54,554 nt of DNA from an uncultured Verrucomicrobiales bacterium (GCA_938091905.1 CALKOM010000061.1:1-54554), one strand, 5' to 3'. Counted from the first letter of the stretch, positions 10,088 to 20,145 are shown. Notes: generated from the sequence alone by a model not told the origin. Made by a program: numbers and translations.

Positions 10088-10624
10088 CTAAGCGGGAAGA
10101 GAAGGTTTGCTCTGTCCCATTCGGGATTTGGTCTCTTCGCGCTGCGCCCGGATGCCATCGATAGTCTTACCAAACAGCTCCCGAGACTTTGGCCTCAGCG
10201 GCGCCGTCGCGATGAAGACCTTATTCTCACCCTCACTCAGAAGGGTCACTTCTAGCATCTTGCCATCCGGTGTTATCACCACGTCCTCTACTTCCTGCCA
10301 GTAAAGCACCTGCATGTTCTTGCTAGGATAAAAGAATGGGAAGATCTCGATCCCGACAGGAGAGAAGATCATGTAGGCATGCTTGGCCAAATGAACCCCA
10401 GCCCACACCGCGAGCGCGATGAATGGCAACGTGAACAAGCCATACCAAGACTGTTTCAGCAACGGCTCCTGCGTCTTCCACAGATCCAGACTCAAGCAGT
10501 AGAGAGCAATTCCCACACAGAAGAAGACCAGCGCCAGGACGAAAAAATGGGCCGCTTGAGCGTTGCGCGTGAAACGAATCTCCTGCAAACCACGTTCAGC
10601 ATTGGGCGAGGCGTTGGCATGCAT
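10088..10624 (-). CDS. Hypothetical membrane protein (2 TM + small PH-like domain)
   Basis: 178-aa ORF with two hydrophobic helices, tightly packed between the metallophosphoesterase and tadA. Confidence 0.7.
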   Translation of the reverse strand: MHANASPNAERGLQEIRFTRNAQAAHFFVLALVFFCVGIALYCLSLDLWKTQEPLLKQSWYGLFTLPFIALAVWAGVHLAKHAYMIFSPVGIEIFPFFYPSKNMQVLYWQEVEDVVITPDGKMLEVTLLSEGENKVFIATAPLRPKSRELFGKTIDGIRAQREETKSRMGQSKPSLPA

Positions 10625-10666
10625 GAAAGAAGGGAAGGGAAGGGAATGAAGGTGAAGAAGCGAGCG

Positions 10667-11503
10667 CTACAACGCAAGCACGCCTTCTAAGTCACATCGT
10701 TGGCTAAACCGTTCAATCTTCTCTGCTTTCCCAGTATCGATATTGATATCGATCAGGGCGCCACAAAGAAGAACCTCGCCTTTGGCAATCGGGAAACGTG
10801 CCGGCATCGACGTGCGAAACCGATAAAGCACTGCTTCAATCTGGCGTCCGAGAATCGATTCTGCTGGGCCGCACATCCCGGCATCACAAAGGAACGCCGT
10901 GCCTCCAGGAAAGATCTGTTCATCCGCAGTCTGAACATGCGTGTGAGTTCCCACGAGCGCCGAGATCTTGCCATCCATCCACCGACCTAACGCTATCTTC
11001 TCGCTTGTCGTTTCCCCATGGGCATCGACAAAGAGCACTTTGGTTTCCTCTCGTAATTTCGCCACCTCAGCCTCCAAGGCGAGGAACGGATTTTCCAAGT
11101 TCGGCTGGGTAAACGTCCGTCCCTGGACTTGAAGAACGCCCACCTTCCCTTTCTTGGTCTCTAGGACAATCGAACCATGGCCAGGGGTCCCGTCAGGGTA
11201 ATTCAGTGGGCGTAGCAAGCGGGGCTCTGTTGGGAAATACTCGATGATCTCTTTCTGATCCCAAACATGATCCCCCGTCGTCACCACCGCAGCGCCAGCC
11301 CTCAGCAAGTCGATGGAGATCTTCGGCGTGATTCCTCGCCCGCCCGCTGAATTCTCACCGTTGACCACAATAAAGTCGACCGACCATTGCTCACGGATCT
11401 TGGACAAGTTCTGGATCACGGCCTTTCGACCTGGCTCTCCCACGACATCTCCAAGAAAGAGAAGTCGCAAACATTGGTCTGAAGGGGCATCGGGCTTGGG
11501 CAT
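10667..11503 (-). CDS. ymdB: TIGR00282/YmdB-family metallophosphoesterase
   Basis: LFLGDVVG, VNGENSAGGRGI, GDHVWD, DAHGETTSEK, GTHTHVQTAD motifs. Confidence 0.9.
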   Translation of the reverse strand: MPKPDAPSDQCLRLLFLGDVVGEPGRKAVIQNLSKIREQWSVDFIVVNGENSAGGRGITPKISIDLLRAGAAVVTTGDHVWDQKEIIEYFPTEPRLLRPLNYPDGTPGHGSIVLETKKGKVGVLQVQGRTFTQPNLENPFLALEAEVAKLREETKVLFVDAHGETTSEKIALGRWMDGKISALVGTHTHVQTADEQIFPGGTAFLCDAGMCGPAESILGRQIEAVLYRFRTSMPARFPIAKGEVLLCGALIDINIDTGKAEKIERFSQRCDLEGVLAL

Positions 11504-11720
11504 AGACAGGGGGTAGCCTTAGCGGCCTTCCCCGCGAAAGGCAATGGCTTCGTGAACCTCCGCCGCGACGCTATGGCAAGCGTCTCACGTTTGGTTGGCA
11601 AATCAGACAACGACAAATAGATCGAATTTGTCGTCAATCCCATGGCGAACCACTTGAATATCAACGTTCATTTGAAACCCATTGAAGGGAATGATTTGAG
11701 CTACGAACTTCCGGTCCACT

Positions 11721-12455
11721 ATAAAATCATGCGTCCTCGGCGCCTTCGCCGCCATTCTTTCACTCACATCAATCCTGGCCAAGGAGGCCAGGACCATCAA
11801 CCTAGGGCAAGAAACATTAGCATTACCTTCACCTCTAGGTTTCCCCGTTGTCGATCTCAGCCAACCAATGTCAGAGGAGCTTTCCTCCGCCATCACCTCC
11901 TTGGGAAACAGACTGCTCGCACTCTACGGCGCGACACCGATCACACCAGGAGACAAGCCCATCTTTCATGCGCAAGCACCCATCGGCACCGAAGACGCTT
12001 TCTTCTCCACCGAACAGTTCGAAGAAGCGACCTCCAGCCTAACCACCTTTTTTGGTAACCCTTCTGACGATAGTGATAGCTATATCCCGAATGGCGGCGC
12101 CCAATATCTAGGAATCTTCGATCAAGGAGAACACCATCTCAATTTCGCCACTCTCAGTCGCCGAGAAGTGTCGACTCCGGGCGAAGAAGGCCTCCTGACC
12201 TACTTCGCGGCGTCGATGAATAATGTGAATGGCAAGATCATCAGCCTTTATTGTAACGCCCCCGCTGAGCCAGGAGCCAATCGAACCCTAGCACGCGAAG
12301 AACTCGTCACCTGGCAACGAGCCGTGCTAGCCAGCAATCCGGCCACCCAATCAGAAACAATGTCCACAATGAGGCGCGGTGCCATCATCAGCGGAATCGC
12401 TGGTCAACTCGGGGCTTTAATTGGCATGCTTCTGCTCAAACGCAACAAGACCTAG
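11721..12455 (+). CDS. Hypothetical exported protein with C-terminal membrane anchor; start codon is ATA (possibly decayed)
   Basis: ORF 11868..12455 extends upstream in frame to ATA at 11721, giving a signal-peptide-like (M)KSCVLGAFAAILSLTSILA. C-terminal TM plus basic tail LLLKRNKT. Confidence 0.5.
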   Translation: MKSCVLGAFAAILSLTSILAKEARTINLGQETLALPSPLGFPVVDLSQPMSEELSSAITSLGNRLLALYGATPITPGDKPIFHAQAPIGTEDAFFSTEQFEEATSSLTTFFGNPSDDSDSYIPNGGAQYLGIFDQGEHHLNFATLSRREVSTPGEEGLLTYFAASMNNVNGKIISLYCNAPAEPGANRTLAREELVTWQRAVLASNPATQSETMSTMRRGAIISGIAGQLGALIGMLLLKRNKT

Positions 12456-12532
12456 TTGGACTGTACTTGGTCGTTAGGCCTCTGGATAGCAGCACCATTA
12501 CCAGATGGGTCCGTGACGGACTATAAAGTCCA

Positions 12533-12921
12533 ATGACTGTGGTCTCCGCTGCCATCCTTCTGTTTCTGATCGCCCTTGGCATGGTCTTTCCAAGAAAGAG
12601 CGTCATCGCCCCCGAGCCGGACGCAGACGAAGGCAAACCCGTGGTTGTTCCTCTAGCCATTCCCATGAACGCCGGACCGTCGTGCATCGCGGCGTTGCTT
12701 CTCATGGCCACGAAGGAACCTGACAAGGTGATGCAATGGGTATGGGCACTCACACTTGCCTGTGTCCTGTCGACAATCATTCTAACAGCCTCGGTATCGC
12801 TGTTTCGCTTCTTAGGTCGACGCGGCACCATCGCGATTGTGAACGCCTGATGGGCATGCTGCTTGTTATCATCTCCGTGCAAATGTTTCTGGATGGAATC
12901 GAGGTCTACTTGGCGAACTAA
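12533..12921 (+). pseudogene. MarC/YhgN-family membrane protein with internal deletion and frameshift
   Basis: VVPLAIPMNAGPS and LGRRG motifs. The terminal ERLMGMLLVIISVQMFLDGI is in another frame (shift near 12835-12840). The N-terminal ILLFL is fused directly to IALGMVF. Confidence 0.85.
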
Positions 12922-12993
12922 CAACCTCGTGGCGATCGGGCACCCTCAAAGAAGCCAGTAGACGGAGAGGCCAGTTTCGCGAAGTTCACTAGT

Positions 12994-13941
12994 ATGAGTA
13001 ATGATGTCTACACTTTAGCAGATCTCCGCCAATGGCATGCACAACCTCCAACCTGGGCGGAGGGTGAGAAGCCTATTCTTGCGGTCTTCGGAGATCCCGT
13101 AGCTCATTCGCTGTCGCCGCAGATGATGAACCCAGCTCTCAAAGCCATCGGAGTCGCCGGGCGTTATGTGCGACTGCACATCTTGGAAGACGAGTTCTCG
13201 GAGGCGGTCCGTCTGTTGCCTAAGCTGGGCTTTGTCGGTACCAATGTGACCATTCCGCACAAGTTCAATGCACTGCAGAATGTAGATGAGGTGGATAGCT
13301 TGGCCCAGCGGCTTGGTGCTGTGAATACGGTGGTCGTTCAGGAAGATCAGTTGTTGGGATTCAATAGCGATGGCCCAGGCTTTCTCCGATCGCTGACCGA
13401 AGCCTTTCACGTCGATGCGAAGGATCTTCGTATCTTGATACTTGGCTCCGGCGGTGGTGCCGGGCGGGCTGTGGCCATTCAATGCGCCTTAGTGAAGTGT
13501 GAGCGTCTCGTGCTCGTCAATCGCACCGCAGCCAAGGCACAAGTCGTCGCAGATGAGGTCCGCCCACTTTTTCAAGACGATCATTTGGCGGGACCTATGG
13601 AGCGATTAGAAGCCGTGGCATGGGAAGACGATGCCCTCGCCCATCAGTTGGACCACACGGACCTCATCATCAATGCGACCTCAGCAGGGATGAAACTTAC
13701 TGATCCCGATCTCTTATCGAACGGACTCATTCAACCGCATCACTTGATCTATGACATGGTCTACAAGCCTGCCCGGACCAGGTTCATCGCTTCGGCCGAA
13801 GCCGCCGGAGCCCGCGCGACGAACGGTCTATCGATGCTCCTTCACCAAGGTGTTATTTCCTTCGAGACCTGGTTTAATCGCCCTGCTCCTATCGACGTCA
13901 TGCGAGAGGCTTTACAAAAAGCAGCAGCCGAGGCTAGCTGA
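12994..13941 (+). CDS. aroE: Shikimate dehydrogenase
   Basis: GDPVAHSLSP, NVTIPHK, GAVNT, GFNSDG, INATS, DMVYKP, GLSMLLHQG. Confidence 0.93.
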   Translation: MSNDVYTLADLRQWHAQPPTWAEGEKPILAVFGDPVAHSLSPQMMNPALKAIGVAGRYVRLHILEDEFSEAVRLLPKLGFVGTNVTIPHKFNALQNVDEVDSLAQRLGAVNTVVVQEDQLLGFNSDGPGFLRSLTEAFHVDAKDLRILILGSGGGAGRAVAIQCALVKCERLVLVNRTAAKAQVVADEVRPLFQDDHLAGPMERLEAVAWEDDALAHQLDHTDLIINATSAGMKLTDPDLLSNGLIQPHHLIYDMVYKPARTRFIASAEAAGARATNGLSMLLHQGVISFETWFNRPAPIDVMREALQKAAAEAS

Positions 13942-13962
13942 CCAATCAAGGACGGGTGCTTG

Positions 13963-15282
13963 TTAGGCCCCGAGCTGAGCCAATAGCTCACGGAAACGAA
14001 CAACCACACGCTCCTTGCCTAACACCACCAAAATGATGAAAAGATCGGGACCGCCAGCTTGCCCACTCGCGGCAACACGCGCGGGAAACATTAGCTTGCC
14101 TTTCTTCTGCTCAAGACTTGCCGCAGCCGAATCAATCGCGGCATCGATAGCCGCCTCATCCCAACTGGCCGTGGCTTCGAGAGCCTTGAGGAGAGCTTCA
14201 AGCTTTGCGCTGCTTTGGTCATCTTTGGCCAACTTCTTCAGCGCCTTGCTGTCTAAGTCACAATGATCCCCTTGTAAGAAGGCAATCTTCTGTGGCAACT
14301 CAGAAACGATACTTACCTTTGTTTGCATCAATGGAAGGATCTTACGAAGCGTCTCTTCCGGGACATCCATCCCACTAGTCTGCACCGCAGCCACCGCATG
14401 CTCCCAGTAGGCATTCTCATCCAAGCCCATGAGCCGTTGCCCATTGAACCAGTTCAGTTTAATCAGGTCAAAGGAGGCATTGCTCTTGTTGATCCCAGGG
14501 AAGTCAAAGCGTTCGATGATCTCGGACAGCGCCAATAGTTCACGGTCGTCCTTAGGAGACCAGCCTAGCAGTGCCAGATAGTTCACTACTGCGTCTGGCA
14601 AATACGCCTTCTCTGCATAGTCACTCACAGAAGCTCCCAAATCACGCTTGCTCATCTTCGAACCATCCGGATTCAAAATCAGAGGAATGTGTGCGTAGGT
14701 TGGTGGCGTTTGACCGAGAGCTTCGAAAAGCTCGATATGCTTTGGTGTGTTTGAAAGGTGATCCTCTCCACGAATGACATGGGTGATGCCCATCTCTAGA
14801 TCGTCGATCACATTGACGAAGTGAAAGATGTAGGAGCCATCCGGTCGACGGATCGTCATATCAGGTTCATCGCGGGTGAACTCGACCCGCCCGCAGACCT
14901 GATCATCAACCAACACCGGCTTGCCAGGCGATTTAAAACGGACAGCACCATTCTCCTCCGTATAGACAAGATCTTTGCTCTGAAGCACCTCCAAATGTTT
15001 GTCGTAGAATGATTGGCGTTGGCTCTGGAAATACGGGCCGTGATCGCCGCCGATCTCAGGGCCTTCGTCCCATTCCAGTCCGAGCCATTGCATTCCTTGG
15101 AGAATCACTTCGATGCCGTCGTCGATATTGCGATTCCGATCCGTGTCCTCGATACGTAAAACAAAGGCCCCCCCGCAGTGTCTAGCATATAGCCAATTGA
15201 AGAGCGCCGTACGCGCACCGCCAACGTGCAAGTAGCCGGTGGGCGAAGGGGCGAAGCGTGTGCGAACGGTCGATGAACTCAT
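13963..15282 (-). CDS. gltX: Glutamate--tRNA ligase
   Basis: RTRFAPSPTGYLHVGG (HIGH), LRIEDTD, RGEDH, KMSKR, plus an anticodon-binding C-terminal region. Start MSSSTV at 15282. Confidence 0.93.
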   Translation of the reverse strand: MSSSTVRTRFAPSPTGYLHVGGARTALFNWLYARHCGGAFVLRIEDTDRNRNIDDGIEVILQGMQWLGLEWDEGPEIGGDHGPYFQSQRQSFYDKHLEVLQSKDLVYTEENGAVRFKSPGKPVLVDDQVCGRVEFTRDEPDMTIRRPDGSYIFHFVNVIDDLEMGITHVIRGEDHLSNTPKHIELFEALGQTPPTYAHIPLILNPDGSKMSKRDLGASVSDYAEKAYLPDAVVNYLALLGWSPKDDRELLALSEIIERFDFPGINKSNASFDLIKLNWFNGQRLMGLDENAYWEHAVAAVQTSGMDVPEETLRKILPLMQTKVSIVSELPQKIAFLQGDHCDLDSKALKKLAKDDQSSAKLEALLKALEATASWDEAAIDAAIDSAAASLEQKKGKLMFPARVAASGQAGGPDLFIILVVLGKERVVVRFRELLAQLGA

Positions 15283-15362
15283 GGTAGGCGAAGGTGCCTC
15301 TTTGTCCCCAGCCTGCAACCTCTGCTTGCGTCCTGCTCGACTGCCTGGATGCTTCAACTCAT

Positions 15363-16556
15363 ATGAAGGAGGTCAAGGATTCGCCCCGCGCCCATGTGCG
15401 GATTGGCTACGATGGACGTGTTCACAAAACCTACCGCGGTCGGATGGCTGAAGAACGTTACCACACGGAGAAGACCATCTTGCGCTTCCTTGAGCGCCGT
15501 GGCTGCGATTTCGTTCCTCGCATGCTGGACTGCGACGACGATCAATTACTCCTTGTCATGTCGAATTGTGGGCAACCCGTGGATACCATGACTCAGCCGA
15601 AGATGGACGCTCTCTTTGACGAGTTGGAAGGCTTCGGTGTACGACATGCCGACCAGGCGACTCGCAACGTGACCTATGATGCTCGGCGAGGCCGCCTTTG
15701 TGTGATCGATTTCGAGTTTGCCGATCTGGTAGACAAGCATCCGACTCGACCAGCCTGGACCATCTTGCGCTGGGCAGGCAAAGTCGATAAAGGTCGTTTT
15801 CGGAAGCAGAATGACGACACACTTGCCGTTTTCACGATTGACCAAGAAGGCTTCCGGCAACTTGCCGAAGAAGGTGAAGCCAATATCGAGGATGGCGATT
15901 TGGTCTTCGTCGTCTGCGACGGCATGGGCGGAGCCGCCGCCGGAGATCTGGCCAGTGAAATGATCGTGGGTCGCTTGCGGGAGAAGATACCCCGCACCTA
16001 CGAACAAGCCGCTAACCATCTTTATCCAGATCGGCTAGGCGTGCTAAAGGAGTGTCTGGAAGACACGCATGAAGCTGTGAACCGTCTGGCCGAGAAGAAG
16101 CCTCACTTGGCGGGCATGGGAGCCACCGTGACACTTTGCTGGTTCACTCCAGAGAATGTCTACTACGGTCACGTGGGGGACACCCGACTCTATCGTTTGC
16201 GCCAGGGTGAGACAGAACAAATCACAGAAGATCATTCGCGTCCTTGGCAGCTCATGAAACGCGGTCAAATAAACGAACGGGAGTATCGCGCGCACCCGCA
16301 GAAGAATATCATTCAACAAGCCATCGGTGCGGGTAGACAAATAGTGGACCCCATGATAGGAGCTCTTGCCTTAAGAAAAGATGACTGGTTCTTACTCTGC
16401 TCTGATGGACTCATTGGCGGCCTCTGGGAGAAACACGTGAAGGGAATTCTCGGCCAAGCATCTAGTCCCTCTGCGATCACTGACGAATTACTCACGAAAT
16501 CCCTTGAAGACGATGGCCGCGACAATATCAGCCTGGTTACTGTGGAAGTCAGTTAA
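15363..16556 (+). CDS. Minimal protein-kinase-like domain fused to PP2C-family Ser/Thr phosphatase
   Basis: N-terminal ~120 aa with RHADQATRN and VIDFEF. C-terminal PP2C with VCDGMGG, GATVT, HVGDTRLY, TEDHS, LLCSDGL, GRDNIS. Start MKEVKD at 15363. Confidence 0.85.
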   Translation: MKEVKDSPRAHVRIGYDGRVHKTYRGRMAEERYHTEKTILRFLERRGCDFVPRMLDCDDDQLLLVMSNCGQPVDTMTQPKMDALFDELEGFGVRHADQATRNVTYDARRGRLCVIDFEFADLVDKHPTRPAWTILRWAGKVDKGRFRKQNDDTLAVFTIDQEGFRQLAEEGEANIEDGDLVFVVCDGMGGAAAGDLASEMIVGRLREKIPRTYEQAANHLYPDRLGVLKECLEDTHEAVNRLAEKKPHLAGMGATVTLCWFTPENVYYGHVGDTRLYRLRQGETEQITEDHSRPWQLMKRGQINEREYRAHPQKNIIQQAIGAGRQIVDPMIGALALRKDDWFLLCSDGLIGGLWEKHVKGILGQASSPSAITDELLTKSLEDDGRDNISLVTVEVS

Positions 16557-16702
16557 GGTTTCTGAGCAAGTATCTCGCTAGTTCGAGCGCGCCACAAATC
16601 ACAAGAAGCGAACCAGAGAAAGGCGTCCATCTACTCTGTGAGCCTGGCCATTCAAAGAATTCATGTTTGGCCCTAACAGAAAAGTCGCGCCCTCGTAAGA
16701 TG

Positions 16703-16737
16703 AAAAAAGGCGCAGGGATCATAAGATCTCTGCGCCT
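16703..16737 (-). terminator. Intrinsic terminator after fasciclin gene
   Basis: On the minus strand: aggcgcagagatc-ttat-gatccctgcgcct followed by a T-run, 24 bp past the stop. Confidence 0.75.
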
Positions 16738-16761
16738 AGTGAGAGGTAGGGAATAGACGCC

Positions 16762-17253
16762 CTACCCTTTGGGGAGAATCACTGCATCAATCACGTGAAT
16801 GACGCCATTTGAGGTTGCCACATCGGTCTTCACAACATTGGCAGAATCGATCATAACCTTACCATCCTTTACGGAAATAGTCGCCTTCTTGCCGAGCACG
16901 GTATCCACTTCGCCAGCCTTGACGTCTTTGGCCATCACCTTCGCTGCCACGACGTGATACTTAAGGATGCTCGCCAGCTTGTCCTTGTTTTCTGGCTTCA
17001 ATAGTGTTTCAACTGTTCCCTTCGGAAGCTTCGCGAAAGCTTCGTTAGTTGGAGCAAAGACCGTGAATGGTCCCTTGCCTTTGAGAGTGTCTACGAGGCC
17101 TGCAGCCTTTACCGCAGCAACGAGGGTCGAGAAGTCTTCAAGACCCGCAGCAGTATCGACAATATCTTTTTTACCACCTTTGTGGTGGTCCGCCATGGCC
17201 AGTCCTGCGAAGGTGAAGAGTGCTGCAATGAGTGTAAGAAAAGAAGTTTTCAT
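16762..17253 (-). CDS. Fasciclin (FAS1) domain secreted protein
   Basis: Signal peptide; [45 protein letters not shown]. Confidence 0.93.
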   Translation of the reverse strand: MKTSFLTLIAALFTFAGLAMADHHKGGKKDIVDTAAGLEDFSTLVAAVKAAGLVDTLKGKGPFTVFAPTNEAFAKLPKGTVETLLKPENKDKLASILKYHVVAAKVMAKDVKAGEVDTVLGKKATISVKDGKVMIDSANVVKTDVATSNGVIHVIDAVILPKG

Positions 17254-17333
17254 GTATTTGATTTTTAAAGATTTTGTAAGTTAAATTTTAGTTAGACTAG
17301 AAACATGGGCCCATGCTGCTTGTCATATCTGGA

Positions 17334-17360
17334 AACGCAGGACCAGCCTTCGTGGATTCA
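17334..17360 (-). promoter_or_regulatory. Possible ECF-sigma promoter for the fasciclin gene
   Basis: Minus strand TGAATCC-N16-CGTT about 80 bp upstream of the start; resembles ECF-type -35/-10 spacing. Weak. Confidence 0.25.
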
Positions 17361-17445
17361 AAAAAGTGCCTTTCTTCTGAAGATTTATTTCATCACTTTG
17401 GGGTGTCCGACTTCCCGTTAAAAACGTAGGGCGGGCTCTCATGGC

Positions 17446-17823
17446 ATGCCTTCTTCAGGCCCACATATTGCAATCATGGGAGCCGGCTGCTCAGGCTTGG
17501 CCGCAGTCTGGGCCCTTAGACAAACGTCTGCCCAGGTAATTATCTTCGAGCAGAGACGTAGATTCCCAGAAAGAACGGCCACCGGAAGTGCTAGAGATTG
17601 CCACATCGCTATCGGCATCAGCGACTTTCAAACCGAAACCGCGGGCGTCTCTAATCTGAGTCACCGACAGATACCAATCGATGATCTTAACAGGATAGGT
17701 AAACATGATTCGCTCTTTAGTCAGATTGGAGAAGTCGCGCCAAGCAACGCTCTCCTAGATTCCGAGCCCAAGCTCAATTACCGCCTTGGAATCAAGAGGA
17801 AGGGGCTGCTTGGGAGACACTAG
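17446..17823 (+). pseudogene. Truncated NAD(P)/FAD-dependent oxidoreductase (renalase-like)
   Basis: IAIMGAGCSGLAA Rossmann start and a degenerate FEQRRRFPERTAT (cf. FEKSRGxGGRxAT); only 125 aa. Confidence 0.65.
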
Positions 17824-17924
17824 GTCTCCTCTTTGCCAGGAACGCCCTCGCCGACAAAAACTGCGTCTAACTTGCCGTCCAATCGGGACTCGATGTAGGG
17901 GCACGAATGGCCTAGCTTCCCCCT

Positions 17925-18356
17925 ATGAGTAGCGCACCCAGCATTGAGACCCATGAGGAAGTCATGTTCTTCGATACGGATCTTGGAGGGGTCGTGCACA
18001 ACATTGCTTATCTTCGATTTATCGAAACGGCTCGTACCCGCTTAGCTGCTCAGTTAGGCATGGAACTGAAAGAGATGGCGGCGACCCAACTCTACCCTGT
18101 CGTCACGCGCACAGAGATCGACTATCGCAAACCCGCCACTCTCGGAGATCATCTCGTCATCCAAGGCGAGCTCGAGAAGTTCAATCGCAGCCGTTTTTGG
18201 TGTCAATTTGAGATACGACTCCGTGATGACATAGACAAGCTCCTCGTCATCTCTCGCCAGTGCCTTGCCCTCGTCCAGATGCCCAAAGGCAGGCCCATGG
18301 CATTACCGAAGTCTTGGCAAAAGGACTTTCCCCTGTGCTACAGGCCTTCTTCCTAG
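17925..18356 (+). CDS. Acyl-CoA thioesterase (YbgC/4HBT hot-dog family)
   Basis: DTDLGGVVHNIAYLRFIETAR and IDYRKPA motifs. Confidence 0.88.
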   Translation: MSSAPSIETHEEVMFFDTDLGGVVHNIAYLRFIETARTRLAAQLGMELKEMAATQLYPVVTRTEIDYRKPATLGDHLVIQGELEKFNRSRFWCQFEIRLRDDIDKLLVISRQCLALVQMPKGRPMALPKSWQKDFPLCYRPSS

Positions 18357-18399
18357 CGATAGCATTGGCCTCTTACAGGATTCTCGGCTACCCTAGTGA

Positions 18400-18675
18400 A
18401 TGCGCATTCTCAAGCGATACCCTGATCTGGCGAGCGTCTCCATTGCGAAATCTATCCTGGAGGGCGAAGGCATGGAGCCCTTCATCGCTGATGAGAATCT
18501 CGCCAGTTCGGATCTTCCCGCCATCTTCGCCACGGGTGGCATTCGGCTCATGATTCCAGATGAAGATTACGAACGCGCCTGCGCGGTCTTGAGAGATTCC
18601 GAAGCCAATGCGGCCTTGCCCGATGACTTTGACCCAACGGATCAGGATTCGAAGACAGAATCGCCATTGAGCTGA
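18400..18675 (+). CDS. DUF2007-family putative signal-transducing protein
   Basis: IAKSILEGEGM.PFIADEN...GGIRLMIPDEDYERA pattern. Confidence 0.75.
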   Translation: MRILKRYPDLASVSIAKSILEGEGMEPFIADENLASSDLPAIFATGGIRLMIPDEDYERACAVLRDSEANAALPDDFDPTDQDSKTESPLS

Positions 18676-18704
18676 CTACCATTCACGGCTAGAGGTTCGG
18701 GCTT

Positions 18705-19946
18705 ATGGCAAACGCACGCCTCATGGCCTTCCATCTCCTAACCAAATGGGATCATTCGCAGCGTCACGCGCAGGATCTCATCGGGGAGGCCTTCGATGCT
18801 CGCAGAGCACTCGCTCCGAAAGACAAAGCCTTGGCCCAACACCTCGTCTTCGGGGTGCTCAGACATCGCCGCCTGCTAGATGAATGGATCGGCCGGTTAC
18901 GAAAAGGCAAGAAGCTGGATGATGAGGTCCGACTGATCCTCCAGCTCGGTCTCTTCCAACTCTTTTACACGCGCATCCCCGACCACGCAGCCGTGAATGA
19001 AACCCTGCGCCTGGCCTCGTCCAAGACCCGCGGTCTGGCCAACGCCGTGCTCCGTCGAGCCACTCGCGAACGCGCTGTCTTGGAGACGATGGCGAAAGAA
19101 GCGCCCCTTGCGATGCGCCATTCACTTCCAGACTTTCTCGTTGAAAAATGGTTAAGCCAGTTTGGCAAGAATGATACGGAAGCTCTTTGTCAGTGGTGTC
19201 AAGAGCCCGCCCCGATCTACTTCCGCCGAAACGATCTTCGCCCTGGCTCAGCTGAACTCTGTCAGGAGCACGGCCTTAAGAAGGCAGATGTGGGTGAGCG
19301 TGATGACTTCTACCACGTTGAAGATATTCCTCAATTGCTACTCGATGCCGGCGTTGGCTACATTCAAGATCCTGCCACGGTCCTTGCGTGCGATTTGTTA
19401 GGGGTGAAATCGGGGCATCGCGTGCTCGATGCCTTTGCCGCTCCCGGCGGCAAGACAGCTTACCTTACCCAGCTGATGGGCAATGAAGGTACCCTGATCG
19501 CCACAGACTCCCTGGACAAACGACTCGACCGGTTGCAGGAGAACCTTCAGCGTCTCGGGGTGAGACGCCCTATGGTTCGCAAAGCGGAATGGACAGAGCC
19601 TCAGCCGGACCTAGAACTCTTTGATAGAATCCTTCTCGATGTCCCGTGTAGCAACACCGGAGTGCTTCGCCGCCGCGTCGATCTCCGTTGGCGTCTCGAA
19701 CCCAAGGTCTTCGCAGAAATGGCAGCCCTTCAGTTCAAACTAGCAACCAACGTACTCAAACAACTACGCCCAGGTGGCCGAGCCGTCTACAGCACTTGTA
19801 GCATCGAACCTGAAGAGAATGAAAACCTCATCGATTGCCTGTTAGAGAAAGACCCGACCCTGGAACGTCGGGACGTCGTCCGTTCAACACCTCAAACAGA
19901 CGGCTACGACGGCGCCTTCGCTACGCTGTTAGTCAAGCAAACTTGA
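18705..19946 (+). CDS. rsmB: 16S rRNA m5C967 methyltransferase (NusB-like + RsmB)
   Basis: IPDHAAVNET, ANAVLR, YIQD, DAFAAPGGKT, DVPCSNTG, YSTCS. Confidence 0.9.
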   Translation: MANARLMAFHLLTKWDHSQRHAQDLIGEAFDARRALAPKDKALAQHLVFGVLRHRRLLDEWIGRLRKGKKLDDEVRLILQLGLFQLFYTRIPDHAAVNETLRLASSKTRGLANAVLRRATRERAVLETMAKEAPLAMRHSLPDFLVEKWLSQFGKNDTEALCQWCQEPAPIYFRRNDLRPGSAELCQEHGLKKADVGERDDFYHVEDIPQLLLDAGVGYIQDPATVLACDLLGVKSGHRVLDAFAAPGGKTAYLTQLMGNEGTLIATDSLDKRLDRLQENLQRLGVRRPMVRKAEWTEPQPDLELFDRILLDVPCSNTGVLRRRVDLRWRLEPKVFAEMAALQFKLATNVLKQLRPGGRAVYSTCSIEPEENENLIDCLLEKDPTLERRDVVRSTPQTDGYDGAFATLLVKQT

Positions 19947-20145
19947 CTCCGATCACCTAACTTCAGCCGAGACAGCAATACTTTGGTGAACATTAGTTTC
20001 TTAAACGGTATCACGAGTCCTCCTTCATAGGTAAATTTGCTTTCTAACCTACGATCATACACAACGGTCTCAGGCTCGTTGGACTCCTACAGCGTTTGCC
20101 TCCTCCCATCCAAGCACCTACCAACGGCTCCTCATCTCGCTGTCG

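Noticed and set aside
11504..11720. 6S RNA or another ncRNA upstream of ymdB
   Set aside because: No convincing long stem or conserved 6S features visible; a covariance-model search is needed.
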